DNA of 64,000 nt from positions 1,178,001 to 1,242,000 of the forward strand of contig OZ025785.1 in the NCBI GenBank assembly GCA_964019425.1, given 5' to 3'. This document shows positions 1 through 15,000 of this stretch, piece after piece (the stretch's first letter is position 1; each line of letters opens with the position of its first letter). The notes beneath the pieces are model-generated. The model saw nothing but the letters and a program-made list of their open reading frames with translations. It was not told the origin of the DNA and did no database searches. The DNA is from Flectonema sp. DT1601. Its lineage: Eukaryota. The position numbers were made by a program, and so were the translations under genes.

Positions 1-3000
1 GCTGCGCAGTCTCTTGCAGAAGCGCAAGTATTCTTGCCTTCACACCCGAGGAAATCTGAAGCAATTGTTGAGCAGATCTTGGCTGCGGTACCAACGGCAG
101 CGTACTCGGTAATCCCAACTCTTGAGGATGAAATTAAAAATATTTCTTCACTCGAATACTCTCCTTCTGCAACTGTCGAAACCCTGTCTAATACTAAGGC
201 TAAACTATCTGAGATAACTTCAACATTATCAAAGATGGCTGGTGAAGGAACTGGTGATGAATCAGCCGCACTGATCATCGCTGAACAACTTCATGCGATG
301 ATAAGAAATGTGTTTTCAGACAACTCTTTTAATCCAATCGATTTAGAGCGTGCATACCACAGCGCTGTTTCAGCAGCTGGGTATGGTGCTTCTGCAGGTG
401 AGGCTGGTTTACTAGCACTCGCTGAAAAACTTCGAACTTGTGAAGTAACCGACTCAGACCCATCTGGAACACTTCAAACAGCTGATCACCTTCTTCAAGT
501 GAATACCTCAATCTGTGGTGATGATGAAGGAGCTACTAACTTGATGAAGGAATGCCTTCCAATTATTATTTCTGATATTGAAAATGGTGAAATAACACGC
601 GCGAGACAGACTGCAGAAGCCGCAGCATCTGCAGCTGCTGGTTGCCGAGGAGTAGCTAATCAATTGTGGGCTTTGGAAGAAAGTGCTGATGTGACTGACG
701 AACAATTATCGCAAGTCGCTGGTAAGGCGTTGGCAGCAGCTCTGAAATCACCGAGTGAATCAGGACAACAATTAATAAGAAAATTAGCTTCAGATATCAC
801 TGGGAATACTCAACAGATTGGAAGACTTCGAGATACCGCTGCAAGACTAGCGGGACTCACTGTTCGAAGTGCTGTCGTAACTGCGAATGAATTAGCCGAC
901 ATGTTAACAAAGCTGGCTAATGATTCTACTCAATTATCTCCTTCATCACTTCATGTGATTACAACAGCTGTTCAGGAAGCAGCTGTTAGACACCCGGAGT
1001 CGAGAGCGGCATTACAATCTTGTGCAGACACCATTAGATCAATTACCGATAGATGTGAACAGGGAATCACTCCTGATGTCGATGAATTGTACTCCGCCGC
1101 TGATGAGTTGCGAAGTATTACTGATGTCGGTGCACTTTTGCGAAGTCTGAGTGCTAAAATAGAAGCTGCCAGGGAATCGAATTCACCGGAAGCCCTACTG
1201 TCGGTATCAGAAACTTGCAGGAATCTCGCAGCACAACATCCAGAACTGGAAGGTTTATTCATGTCTGTCGGTCAGATGCTGGACAACAGTGTTTTTGGTT
1301 CTTCTGGAATGGGAGTTCAAACCCCAACTCAAAACATAACAAGATCACTGCAGGCAGTCTTAAAACATCCTGAATTAGCAAGCAAACATCGAAAGCAGCT
1401 GTCAGAAGTAATTCAGAAATCTGAAAACAATGAAGTTGGGGATACCGAATTATTAAAGACAGCCAACATTGTCATAAGCGAATCATGTCCAACTGAAGTA
1501 CGTGACGCTGTAGTGCAATCTATTGCACGTGAGAATATATTGGGAGCGTTAACAGATGCTATTAGAAAACACAGAGATGCGAGTGGTGATTCACTGGTTG
1601 AGAATGCTCTTGATTTCGCAATTCAACTTCCAAGTCATTCTGAAATGAAATGTTCAGTTATGGATATTCTTGCTATACCTGAAGAAGCGAATCTAGTTGG
1701 TGATGATGTTCGTCAGATATTAAATACTGCTCTCGATGTGGTAAACCTTTCTGAAAAACAGGGTCACGATGCGCAGGCATTATCAACAGCTGCTCTGGTA
1801 CATGGTCAGGAGATAGTAAGAAATTATCAAATTGGTGATAAAAACAATTCACATCATAATCAATTGCACTCATTATCATCTCAATTACAATTATATGGTG
1901 GACATCAAGCAGCATCTGTACTCTCAGAAACCTCAGATATTCTTTCGTCTGCACATGCTACTGGTAATTCAAATACTATGGCAAAGGCTAAAGATGCGGC
2001 GTTGCAATTATTGTCATCAGCGATGCAACAAACATCTTCATCTTACGACAAGCAAAGTAGACTAGCGAGAGTACTCGCTGAATTATCAAGGATTCAGGAA
2101 GCGTTATCACAGGGGAAAACTATCTCAAAAATTGAAATTTTATCACTGAGAGAAATGGCTTGTGAAGCTGCAGGATTGACATCCGGGTTGGCGGAGTACA
2201 CCTTAGGAAAGTTAGTATTAAGTGACGGCAATATTACACTGAGCATCTTGTCGTGGCTTTCGAAAAGATATCCCGAACTTTCAAAGTACCCATCGTACTC
2301 TGATGCTATTAAGAAATTAAGAATCGGTGGAGTGTCCAGTCAATCTGAAGCAAAAAGCTCTTTACTTGAGATAAAGAACACCCTCTCTGAGATTCGTCTT
2401 CTTTCGTCTCGTTGTGAGGAGCTTCCTTATAGAATGGAAACGCCTGCGATATTTAGAAATTGTGCTCAGGGTATTGAAAAGATAATACCACAGACATATG
2501 GGAACACTCATGAGAGGTTAATATCAACACTGGAAGCAGTTAATAATTCTGATAGACTTATTAATGTTATTAAAGATTCAGTTGCTGGTCTTCATGAAGC
2601 TCAAAGATGTTCATCTATTCTAAAACAACACGACTCTGACAGTAATATCTCTGTTACACTAAACAGTTCAGCACTTCACGTTCATTGTAAAGGAATACTA
2701 TTGGCATTGACATCTGTTGTTGATAATAATTCTGATGTCGATAATCAACTTTCATTCTTAGTCGATGAGGTCAAACATATCCTCTCAGAGTTGAAGGATC
2801 TTGGATGCTCATCGCAATACCAACTTCTATCATTGTCTGTACCGGAAAATGAATCAAACATCGACACCGATAAGATTATAAGAGCTTTAAGAGAATGTTG
2901 TGATCTTCACAAGCTCATTTCCACCATTTCAGTTGTTTCAATGAAGTCAGCAGATGACGTAGCATTAGGGGATCTGACATCTGGTTTAGACGGGTTTAAA

Positions 3001-6000
3001 GACATTGAAAACATTATAACATCGTCGGAAGTCAGGAATCCCTTTATATTGGAAATCTCAAAACTAGTTTCTGATGTAATTTCAAAACTTGTAATTCATC
3101 AATCGAGTGGATCGTCATCATCACCGAAACCAGTTCTGTCATATTATCTGCTGACTGCTGATGCGAGTTCAGTAGCACAGATGCTTAGAGCAGCTACAGG
3201 AAGATCACCAGAAAACATCAATAGTCAAACAGCTGCTATGCTTGTTATTGATAGGATATCACATCTGATTGATGATTGGGATTTATCGAATTCAAAGTCA
3301 AGTCCTGTCGTAATCGGAAGTAGTACTCGAGTTGACGTTGATGAGATCAAAGCTATTCAAAATCAATTGGAAGCATCAGTCGATGCTCTTCAGCCAACTG
3401 AAGGAGAGATCATCCTTCAAAAGTACTTCCAAGCACTGGTTGCTAGTAGTGACATCACGACTGTTGATCCAATCCCACGAGATCTTTTAAATAAGATTCC
3501 ACCAAACTGCATTCCTGGAGAAGCAATTCGACTTCTTCAACGTCAGATTGGTGACAACCTCCTTACTAAAGATGAGGCTATTGAACTAGCCGGCAAAGCG
3601 ATGAAATCAGCCTCATCAGCCAGAGCTATTGCGGCAGGTCTTCCGAGAAGTAAACTTGAAAACGGTGGATATGATGCGAATATATTATCTGAACTTTCTC
3701 TCGAAGCTTTTTCTGCCTCAATAAAAGCACCTGGAGCATCAGGTCAACCACTCCAACTTGTTGGTGATGAGCTTCGTAAGAAGTCGATATCAGCGAGACA
3801 AAACCCTCTCGGAGTTTTTACAACAGGAGACCTAACCAGACTCCAGGATACTTCACTTCGTGCTGCAGGAGTTATTGTAAATAACAACGCTGAGGACACT
3901 GCTTTACAGTTGGCTTCAAAACTTGAAAACATCACAAGTCATGGACTTACTGCTGACACGTTAAATGGACTTGAAGATCAATTGAGAATGGCAGCTTTGA
4001 GATATCCAGAAAATGAAGCAGCTTTTGGAGAAGCTGCAGATCGGATTGAACAAATGAAAGAATCGAGAGATACTTCTAAGGCAGCATTGAAAGAATTATC
4101 AACAATGTTACAACACTCAGACTCAGCTAGTCAACTTCTTCTTTCCGATAAAATAGCTTCACTGATATCTGAAGGTACTTCTGTTGATAAAACGACACTC
4201 TCTGAGTTGCAACAGCAACTTCGTTCTGTCGGATTACACAAAGAAGCTGATGATTTAAATGTGTTGCCTGTCGTTGACGAATCTATTTTTAGTAATCAAC
4301 TTAAAACACTCTCGGATAGCATTTCTGACAAACGATCTCTTGAACAGTTGGCAACTAAACTAATCAGCAGCGGGAAACCCATTCTGAAATCACTCAAAAC
4401 ACAACTACACTCTCAGCTGTTAGCTGAAGGGTTCACTGATATCGCTTCTGACTTGGAATTACTTCCAACCGTAGTCGATGATTCTAATGTTTTGGAACAG
4501 TTATCTTCAGTACAAAACTTATTCAAAAATAAAGAAACCATCATCAAGTCTGTAGAACAGTTACTCAATAACAACTCAACTCTTAATCCAAACCAATCAG
4601 CTCAACTACAGCAACAATTAACTCAACTTGGATTAACAGAATTAGCATCACGAGTCTCAATGCTTCCAATCGGGAAGACTGTCTCACAGATAGCAGCTGA
4701 TGAAAGTCAGTTGGAATCAGTAATAGAGATGTTGAAACAGACAACGTCTTCAGAGGAAGACATTATAAAAACTTTAAATAATATTTTAGAATCAGGAAAT
4801 GGAATAACTGAAGAACAGCTATCGGAGTTGAAAGAATCACTTGGAGATTCTCACCCTCAGGCTTTATCACTTCTGTTAAAGATTCCGATTGTTTCTGACT
4901 CTTTAGAACAAGTCGACACTTCGAAGTTAGAATCCTTACTCAGTAGTACAGAGACAGAACTGAAAAATCGCAAACAGGCGGTAAAAGAGCAAGTTGAGAA
5001 GCTACTGCTGTCGGGAAGCAAACTAACAGCAGAGGAAGCAGAAGAAATAAAACGAGAATTGGAAAAGTTGAACATGCCAGACCTGTGTGAAAGAATATCT
5101 TCAATCACACAACAAGATGTTGTAGAAGTGAAATCAATCTCTGATCAATTGAAATTAATATCTGATGGCAGTATAGAGAAGGTTCTTAACTCATTAAAGG
5201 GAGCAACAGTATCACACTCAGACGCTGATCGACTTCGAGACAGACTCAAGTCTTTAGGACACTCCGATAATGAAATATCATCGTTACTCAACACAATGAA
5301 TGTTGTGACTCCATCGGAAGAACTGACTTCTCAAGTTGATTTGATTAAACAACAACTTGATATACTCTCTAACAGTAATTCAATTACTGAGGATGACATG
5401 ATTTTAAAAATCGAGGAAATAGTTTCGTCAGAACAGGTTGCGAGTCCTTCAACAATTAAATCACTTCAAAAGTATTTAAAAGAAAAAGAATTCATGAATG
5501 CCTTAAAGATGACCGACAACATTAAACAGATAACAGAAGACGATAAAACTAAATTAGAAAACATTTCTAACCTTTTAAATAATACACTCAGTGTTAATGA
5601 ATTAACTGATATGGGTAATCAAATACTAAAAGGAGGAGTTCTGTCGAAAGAGGATTTCACCAATTTGATAAATCAATTACAAAGTGTTGGTTTACATGAA
5701 TTAGCATCGCAGCTTCAATGCGAAGTTGAGATGATGAAAGGTTCTAAAATTAGACTTTTGCCGTCTTCATCAGAACTTTCAAAGATTCAAAACTTAATAT
5801 TGCAAGATGCTATTTCCGAAAATGATGCTAACGATTTAATCGAATCACTGTCAAGTAATTCAGCTTTACCGAAACATGTGGCTGATTCATTTCGTAACAA
5901 ACTCATTGAGAATAGTTTCAACGACGCGATACAAAAACTAAACCAAATCCCTGTCGTGGAGACTACGATCGCATCTTCCGCTGACATTAGTCTCATTGAA

Positions 6001-9000
6001 GATTTCTTGTCTGGAGAAGCCACACCTGAGGAAGCAGAACAGCTGTTGAAGTTATTAAATAGTAAAAACATATCTCTACCTGCAGACATCGTAACCAAAT
6101 TAAAGGAAAAATTATCTGATTCTGGTTTTGAGAATTCGATGGTGTTGTTGAACTCAATTCCAACTAACACTCAAAGGAAACTGATTGCTTCAACTACTGC
6201 AACGGGAATTCTAAACGACGTATTGCAGCTGATGGAGGATGGAAATTCAAGTGAAGATGATGTTTTAGAAAAATTAAAATTTATATCAAACAACAACATG
6301 CTACTGGAAGATTTAAAACTTACTGAAAATGTAATGAAACAATTCACTGCTATGGGATATTCTAGTGCTGCTGAGATGATGAATTCAGTTTCAGAAACAC
6401 TCGGAAATCAACAACTGCGAACCATCAACGATGCCATTTCAAACGGATCTTCCCAAGGTCAAATCAGCGCTCTAATTACAAAACTAATAAAATCGAATGA
6501 TAAAGTAGATTCACACTTATTACAACAAACTGTCGATAAATTAAAAGAATCAAACCATGAATCACTAGCAAGCAGATTGTCACACGATGTTAAGTTGAAT
6601 ACCACAAGTTTGTTGTTAAATCTGAAAGACGAATCATCAAGCGACACAGCAACCACGGAATCGATAACTAAACTTGTTGATGAGATAATTAGTAGTAGTA
6701 AAACAGATCCCGCACGTTATTTTATATTAAAAGAAGTGATGTCTAGTTTGAAGAATTCTGGATTTGACAGTGCGGCAGATGCGTTACTATCAAGCGCGAT
6801 AACTTCAGATGACTTATCTACACAACTGCAACAAGCATTGGAAAATGATGATTTGGATAAGGTAAAGGAACTTTGTTTGTTACTTTCATCATCTAGTTCA
6901 TTCGTTGATCAAAATACATTAAACAAAATCGTGTCAGACTTGACTACTGCAGGTCTATCGAGTGAGGCAACTCTTTTAAAGAATAATTGCAGAATATCAC
7001 CTGAACAACTTTTAGAGTATTTATCAACCAATAAGAATCTATCAAGTGAAGAGATAGACGAGATGGTATTAGAAATAGGAAAGTCTGAATCAGTGTTGAG
7101 TCAGAAGAAACTCCAGAAGGTGGTTAACTCATTGAGGGAGTCTGGACATGACAAAGCAGCTGATAAACTGATATCAAACAACTCCGTTGACGTGAATGAA
7201 TCACTGGAAACACTCATTTCAAAAATTGAAAATAATGAAATCTCAGAGACCGATGCTATCAAATTAGCATCACAAATCTGCTCATCATCACAAGCTGTTG
7301 ATTATAACTTATTGTTAAAGGCGACGGATGTAATTTCAAAAGCGGGTTTTGATTCAGTTGCTGACGAGTTGACTCAAAAAGTAACAACTGATACTAACAG
7401 CGTGTTATCAACTTTAATAAATAAAATAAACAACGATGACTATAGTGATGACCAATTGAAGGAGTTAGTTTCAATTATCAAAGTGAGCAGTCAACCTCTC
7501 GATCCAATGTTACTCTCTGAGACTACTGCTAAGTTGTTATCAATAAAAAAAGATGATTTGGCATCTCAATTGGAACAGACAGCTGTACTGCTACCGAATG
7601 ATATCGCCAAGGGATTGAGTCATTTAATAAAATCAAATTGTTGTGATGAAAGTGATGTTGAAAAAGTAATTGAATTACTATCAAAACACAACACAGGTAT
7701 TGATCCAGTCGTACTATCTGAAACAGTTAATTTATTAACTAAGGCTGGTTTTAGTGAAGCAGCAGCTGAGATTGAAAGCACATCATTGCAGCTGTTATCA
7801 CCAACAGATGTGTCAACATTGAGATCTACAAAAGATGTGCTGTCGCAACTTCAAAAACTTATTGATGATGGCGTTGTAGTTGACGGTACTGATCTCGAAG
7901 TCTTAAAACATCAATTATCTCAACTCGGATACTCTGATTTATCAAATTCACTAAATGAACTACCCAACGCTGTCACTTCAACTGACCTTCTCGTACCGAA
8001 CACGTCATCAGATATCAAAAAATCAATTCAAAAGTTAATCATCTCCAGTAACGAATCTTCCACACTCCCAGATTCAACAACAGTATCAGAGCTACGAGAA
8101 AAACTAACTGAACACGGAATGTCAGACTCACTGGAGTTGGTTAATGAAATGAGATTACTAACAACATCGTCATCTCTCGAAGTTTTATCAAAAATAACTG
8201 ACAAAGACAAGTTAAAAGCTGCTGTTGATATTTTAATTTCAGAAAATCAAAAGATTCCCTTATCTGTTTCTAATGGCATAGCACAAACTCTTGACCAAAT
8301 GGGTATGAATGAAGAGGCTAAAGCAATTAGGATGATTGAAACTATTATTGATGCTGACGTATCAAAACTAAATAATTTATTATTAAACAAGTCTTCTAAG
8401 GAATTAATTTCAACAGAGATCGACACACTCGTCAATCAGGGAACACCAATTACTCAGGATGGTATGAATCATTTGAAAAAACAACTCCATGAATCTGGAT
8501 GTGATGATCTCATTGTAAAACTAACTTCCATTCCTGTGATATCAGAGCTAACGACTGATATTAGCAGCTTGCAGCAACTTCTTTGTGAGAAGAACCCAAA
8601 CAAAAACTTAGTTTTACAAGAACTCAAAAACCTACAGCGATCTGGTTCTGTCACATCATCTGATGCTGATCTCCTGAATCAACTTTTACAACAACATGAA
8701 AATATTAAAAACTGTCCTGAAATATCAAAAGAGTTTTCAAGTCTTTCTGTATTACAAGAGGCTTCAGTGATTCCATTAATGTCACTTTTAAATAAAGAAC
8801 ATTGCAAGGAGAGTGACGCCATTAACGCTCTGAAGGATATTGTGGAAGGTGATGCGTTGGTCAGAAGTTCTGATGTCGACAAATTATCAACAAAGTTGGG
8901 TGCGATGGGATTCACTGACGCATCACAGATGCTCAAAGCAGTGCCAGTATTACAGGAGCGTCAGTTTGCTAATACGACAGCCCTCCAAAAAGCCCTCAGT

Positions 9001-12000
9001 GATGACCCCCTTTCGGAAGTTGATGCCGTGAACCTCTTGCAGAAAATTGCAGACAGCAACAAACAGCTGCTGAAATCTAATTCTGAGCAACTCTCAAACG
9101 CATTCGCATCTCTTGACTACGACAATGCCTCCCAATTACTCCAATCAATACCAACAGTTGGAGAGAGTCAACTGGCTGATACTTCTTCTCTTTGGAAAGT
9201 TCTTAACAGTGAGAACCCTTCTGATGATGAAGTGATGAAAGAATTGCGGGACATCATATCGAGTGGGAAACCATTATCAAAAAGTGAAATGGACAACCTC
9301 CGGGAGGTGATGGAGAAGTTAGGACTTTCTGAATCCAGCGAACTACTGAATGACATCACGACACTTGCTGAGAGCAGCTCCCTTTGGAAGATGTTACAAA
9401 GTGGGAACGCATCAGAAGCTGACATAATAAAAGCACTGCAGGAAATTGCAGACAGCAACAAACAGCTGCTGAAATCTAATTCTGAGCAACTCTCAAACGT
9501 ATTCGCATCTCTTGACTACAACAATGCCTCCCAATTACTCCAATCAATACCAACAGTTGGAGAGAGTCAACTGGCTGATACTTCTTCTCTTTGGAAAGTT
9601 CTTAACAGTGAGAACCCTTCTGATGATGAAGTGATGAAAGAATTGCGGGACATCATATCGAGTGGGAAACCATTATCAAAAAGTGAAATGGACAACCTCC
9701 GGGAGGTGATGGAGAAGTTAGGACTTTCTGAATCCAGCGAACTATTGAATGACATCACGACGCTTGCTGATAGTAACAATGTGTTGGAATTGTTAAAGAG
9801 AAAGAAAGCCTCAGAGACTGATGTAATGAATGCCTTACAAGTAATGGTCAACAGTAACAGTCCTCTCTTACAAGTAGAAGTGAATGAATATTTATCAAAA
9901 CTCCAAAAGTTGGGATACAATAACTCAATTGAAGTCTTAAAACAGATCCCAACAACGACAACAGCTGACCTCAGTGAGTTACGACAACTATCGTTTATTA
10001 ATTCATCTCTCGAAGAGGAATTGAAATCTGAAGTTGAGGTGATCATCAAAAGCGGAAAGTCAATATCTCCTCAAAAACTTCAAACCCTCCAATCCGAACT
10101 AACTAAACACAATCTTAACAAGGAAGCAACTCTCCTACAAAGCATCACGACAGCATCTAACCAACAACAACTCGCATCTAACGAGGACATAAAGAACCTT
10201 AATAGTCTTATACACAATAGTAGTACTGAAATAGAACCTTTGAGAGATTCTGTCGAGTTATTAATTAAAAATAATATCAGCATTGGTCCAGAACTCAGAG
10301 ATGAACTAATTCAGAAATTACGATCAGCTGGTTTTGATGAGTTGGCAATCCAATTATCGGAGATGAGATCGACTGATGATGATAATGATGATGATGAGGT
10401 TAGTATAAATGATGTTATTCAAAAGGTTCAAAGCCTTGATGAAGATCCAATGACAACACTAAGCAACTTAATAGAAAGAAGCAACGGACTACTAACTCAT
10501 CAACAGATTACTGAACTACAACAAGTCCTTAACAGAAATGGTTTATCAACACAAGCTGGGTTACTCGATGCTATCAATCCAATGTCGAAAGAAGCAGAAC
10601 AGATGAATGAGTTGCTTTCAGCAACACATAGTGTCTCAGTTGTCAATCAGTTACAAAATCTCATTGAAAGTGGTGCTGTGATCACATCTGAGATGAAATC
10701 TGAATTGGAACAAACTTTACGTGAGATGAATGACTCGGAGTCTTCAATCCTTCTCTCAAAACTACCGCCATCATCAATCAGTTCCTTACAGTCATTGTCT
10801 GCAATTACTACTCAGTGTAAACAAGAATCTGATTTAAATAAACAATCAGTTCCAAAAGAATTATTAAAAGAATCTGTTGAGTCTCTCTTATCAAAAGAAG
10901 GATCAGTTTTACTCGATCCAGTTGTTGTAAAAAGTGTAATCGAACAGCTTCGGGAAAATGATTTGGATGACTTAGCTGATGAGTTAGATTCTAAAGTACT
11001 ACACGCTAATGTAGTCGGTGCGAAGAGAGATCAGTTGGAAGAACTTTCATCAATAGCAACCGTCTTAAGAGTCGCGTCTGACCCTGTCACAGCTTTAGAA
11101 GCGTTATCAGCAGGAGTTGATAATATTCGTCGTCAACAAGAAATAGGAAAGAACGCATCTGATGAAGACATTCTAAAGATTCAGCAGTCGGCTATTTCAA
11201 TCGCTGGTAAGAATCCGAAATTATCAGGAGTCATGCAGGCACTTGTTCAAAACCAACTTCCATTACACTCCGACACCTCACAACTCACTACTACAATTGG
11301 ATCTCCTGCAAGAGGTAGAGGAGGTCAGAATGCCGCGCAGTTGATGGTTTCTACAATTGAAAAGGTTGCTGACTATCTGGATACCCCGCCATCGATCCGA
11401 TTTGAGCTGCGTGCTATTTGTGATAAGATGACATCTTTTGATAATAAGATGCTGACAGAATCAGATTATAGAAAGCTACGAGACGTTATATTTCTCGATC
11501 CAACCACCACATCCTTACTTAAAGAATTACTTCACGCAATAGTATTAGCTCCGACTGCTGATGCTGCAGCAGAAGCAGCTTGGAAACTAACAATTGGAGA
11601 CTATCGTTTTGTCGGAAGCTCACTTCTTAGTACTGAAATCCTCCAACTGGTTACAAGCATCGGAAGTCTTCCATTTGATGCTGTTAGGCATTCAGAATTA
11701 CTAACTCAACTACCTGCTAAGAGTAGAGTACTTTTAATAGAGACTTGGTGTTATTGTTGTATATCATCAGCAATTCAACTAATTACTGAACAGATTCAAC
11801 AGGGTGACTCAACCAGACAGTCAGAAGAATTAATTGCAGCATTTGGAATACTTATGAACAGCGCTCTGTTAGGGAGAGGATCTGAACTACAATGTGTGCT
11901 GTCTCAGTTCTTATCATCGAGTGATGTTCTTTGTATTAGTGATGAACATTTAACTGTTTTAAGAAATATTTTAAAAACTAATAATGAAGTCTTGGCAAAC

Positions 12001-15000
12001 ATTGGAATGGAATTTCCTTCAAAGGTATCTGACACTCCTCTTGCTGAAGATGAGATCCGTTCATCATATTTACTACAAGAAGTTGGATCAAAAGCATCAC
12101 CGACTCAGTTAGATAATCTTGTTGTAAGTTTGAAGTTAGACAGAACAGTAAAATCAACGAAACTATTGGAAATGATCAGCAACGACTGCCACAGTTATCA
12201 AACAGTTTCTCAACTCTGCAGAATGAATTCACTATACGACAGGATAACTAACTGCAATGGAGATAATACAGAACAATTATCATCACTAATGAGTAAGCTA
12301 TGCTACGGTCCGGCAATTATTGAATTATCAGCTTTATATTTGAAAAGTCTTCGAAAATCTGGTTCAGATGAAGGAGTATTGAACTCTATAACTAACTTTC
12401 TTAATATTATTCATCCAGAGTTGCCGTCTGTTTCTGTTGATCTTCAGATTCTAGATAAGAAGAGGAAGTTGGGAGTTTTAATCGAATCGTTATTATCAAA
12501 GTGGAAACAAAGTGGAGAATATTCCTATGGAAAACAATACACTGATCCAGTCATGATATCCGTGAAGATGGAGATGGTTAGTTTGCAGCTGATGGACGTT
12601 GGGCATTCTATTAATAAAATGGAACTCAAAAAGATTCTCAACCACATCAACATCGAAACATGGACTGGTCAAGATGCCGGCATCTACAATTGCAGAAGAG
12701 TATCAGCAGGTTGTACTGAACTCAGTAACATGAAAGAACCAGATCCAGAAATCTTATTATTGTTAGCGACCATCACCTTACAAACTGCTTGCAACTTATC
12801 ACCGAACAGCATCTGTTCTGAAGCCCTCAAAAGAACTGCCTCAGAGTTATATTCTGCTTACAAATTACAACTAAACAGCGCAACTGGTTTGTCAGGAGCA
12901 GCCATACTCCGAGCTAGTACCATCGCTCGCGGAGGTGTTGAAGCTCACATATCATGCGCGGAGGGTAATTATAAGGCTGCTGTTACTGTCATCCCTGATA
13001 CAGATTCCAGTAAGATATTATCAAATCAACCGACTCCGCTGAGAAGACAACTTAATATGCTTTTAGGAAGGAATTGTAGTTTAACGACTCCTCCTTTACA
13101 CGAGGCTGCTATAAAACTTTTAATAAATTCCTACACACCGAGTGGTGTTGTTACTTCAGATGTTAAGTTGTTGTATGAAAAAGCAAACAGCGAATGTGAA
13201 CTTTCTCTTTGTTATAATTTGATTAAGAATGCTGTTTCTTCATCGAATATGATGGAATTACTTTCAGTAGCTGTGAGGTTTATTTTGGATAACATAGCAG
13301 TTCAGCTTTCGGAAAGAACTTCTGATAGCGTTTGTGGTCATTTTATAAATGAGTATTTATCACCGAAGTTAGAAGTTCTCAGTTTTGAAACAGATGTGAC
13401 GAGATCAGTATCTGCTCTTCAGCGTACAAAGCAAACCGTAGTTGATGATTTATTGATCCCAATTCAAAATGTGATTGAGGTAAGCGACGCGATGCTTTCC
13501 TTAGCTATAGGCGACCACGATACTGAGATGACTCCTGAAAAAGTTTTCTCACTGTTAAAAAAATTACCTGGTCGAACTGCGAGAACAGGTCAGATTGTCG
13601 CAGAGCTTATAAAAGAAATCTACACAGAGTGCGACTACTCTCCTCAACAACATGAGGAATTCCTATCTAACATGAAATCACACTCTCAATACGATGAAAT
13701 GATAAAATCAGCTTTTCAAGCATCAGGTCGTCAGTTAGGTAACAAACTAGAACCAAGAGAAGCCATTATAGCCTTAGCAACTCAGATCAGGTCAGGAAAT
13801 TTTAGTAATCACGAAGACCTTAAAGAAGCTGTTGAAGAACTGTCTGTAATATATCCTGATCATGCTGACAAGCTATCGAGAATATTACACCCAACAACTG
13901 ACAGTATAAACACTCAAAGTGTTAGACAGTCTTCTTCTCAACTTAATAATATCGCTTCTATTATTGAACAGAAGTGTGGTAAGAATGTTGGTCCTACGTC
14001 ACATGTTGTATCTCAAATTCGAGAAGGTAAATTTGAAACAATTGAGGAATTACAAATAGCTGTTGATGAACTGGTGGAACTCCATCCAGAGCACTCTGAG
14101 TTGAGAAGTCTGTTAAATATAAAACAACTTCAACTTCAGGAGAGCATCGCAACTATAATCGAATTAAACTGTGGGACTTCTGGACCAACAGCAACACTCG
14201 TTAGAGATATTCGCGATGGTTCAATTACAACTGTTGAAGAAATTCAACAAAGAGCTGATGAGATAGCAATCCTGCATCCGTCTTACTCATCATCTCTGAT
14301 TAATTTACATAACCAATATGAACGACATGAGGAGTTTAATAGAATCGCTGAATTCATCGAAGATCACATCCCTTCTGGTGATCCAGAACAAGAAAAATCA
14401 ACTCGAAAACTCCTCCAACAAATAAAATCTGGTGAGTTTTCTACCATCAAAGATGTTGAAAATGCTGCAGCAGAAATGCAACTAATCGAAATTTCTGATT
14501 TAGAGCAAAAGATGAAAACACAACAGCAGATTGAATCACTAGCAGCATCTGTAGAACTAAAACACAGCACAGATGAATCGAGAATACTAACAAACAATAT
14601 GAGAAGCGGTAAGTACACTTCACTAAAAGAAGCAGAGAATGCTGCGGCTTCAACAGGAATAAACCTCACTGAAGATATGACTTCCTTTGCGCAATATCTA
14701 GAGAATGAGTGTGGAACTACTGATGGGACTCTCTCATTACTATCAGCTCAGATTGATAACAACATGACTGACCCAACAGAGTTAAGAGGCATCTCAGGAC
14801 AATGCAGAGCATTAGCCGTTCAAATACCTGAACTCTCAGCAATCTTATTATCAACTGCTGACCATTTAGAACAGCGAGGAGATCAAATTGCTGAAGCCAG
14901 TTCCCCCAACAGAGAAACCCGACCAGTTGCTGACATCGTTGAAACGATGAGAACAGTGTTACTTCATCCAAGGATACCTTCAGAAACTAGTGATCATTTA

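Noticed and set aside
34..36. TTG start of the 8797-aa ORF
   Set aside because: The frame is open from base 1; the real start lies upstream of the window.
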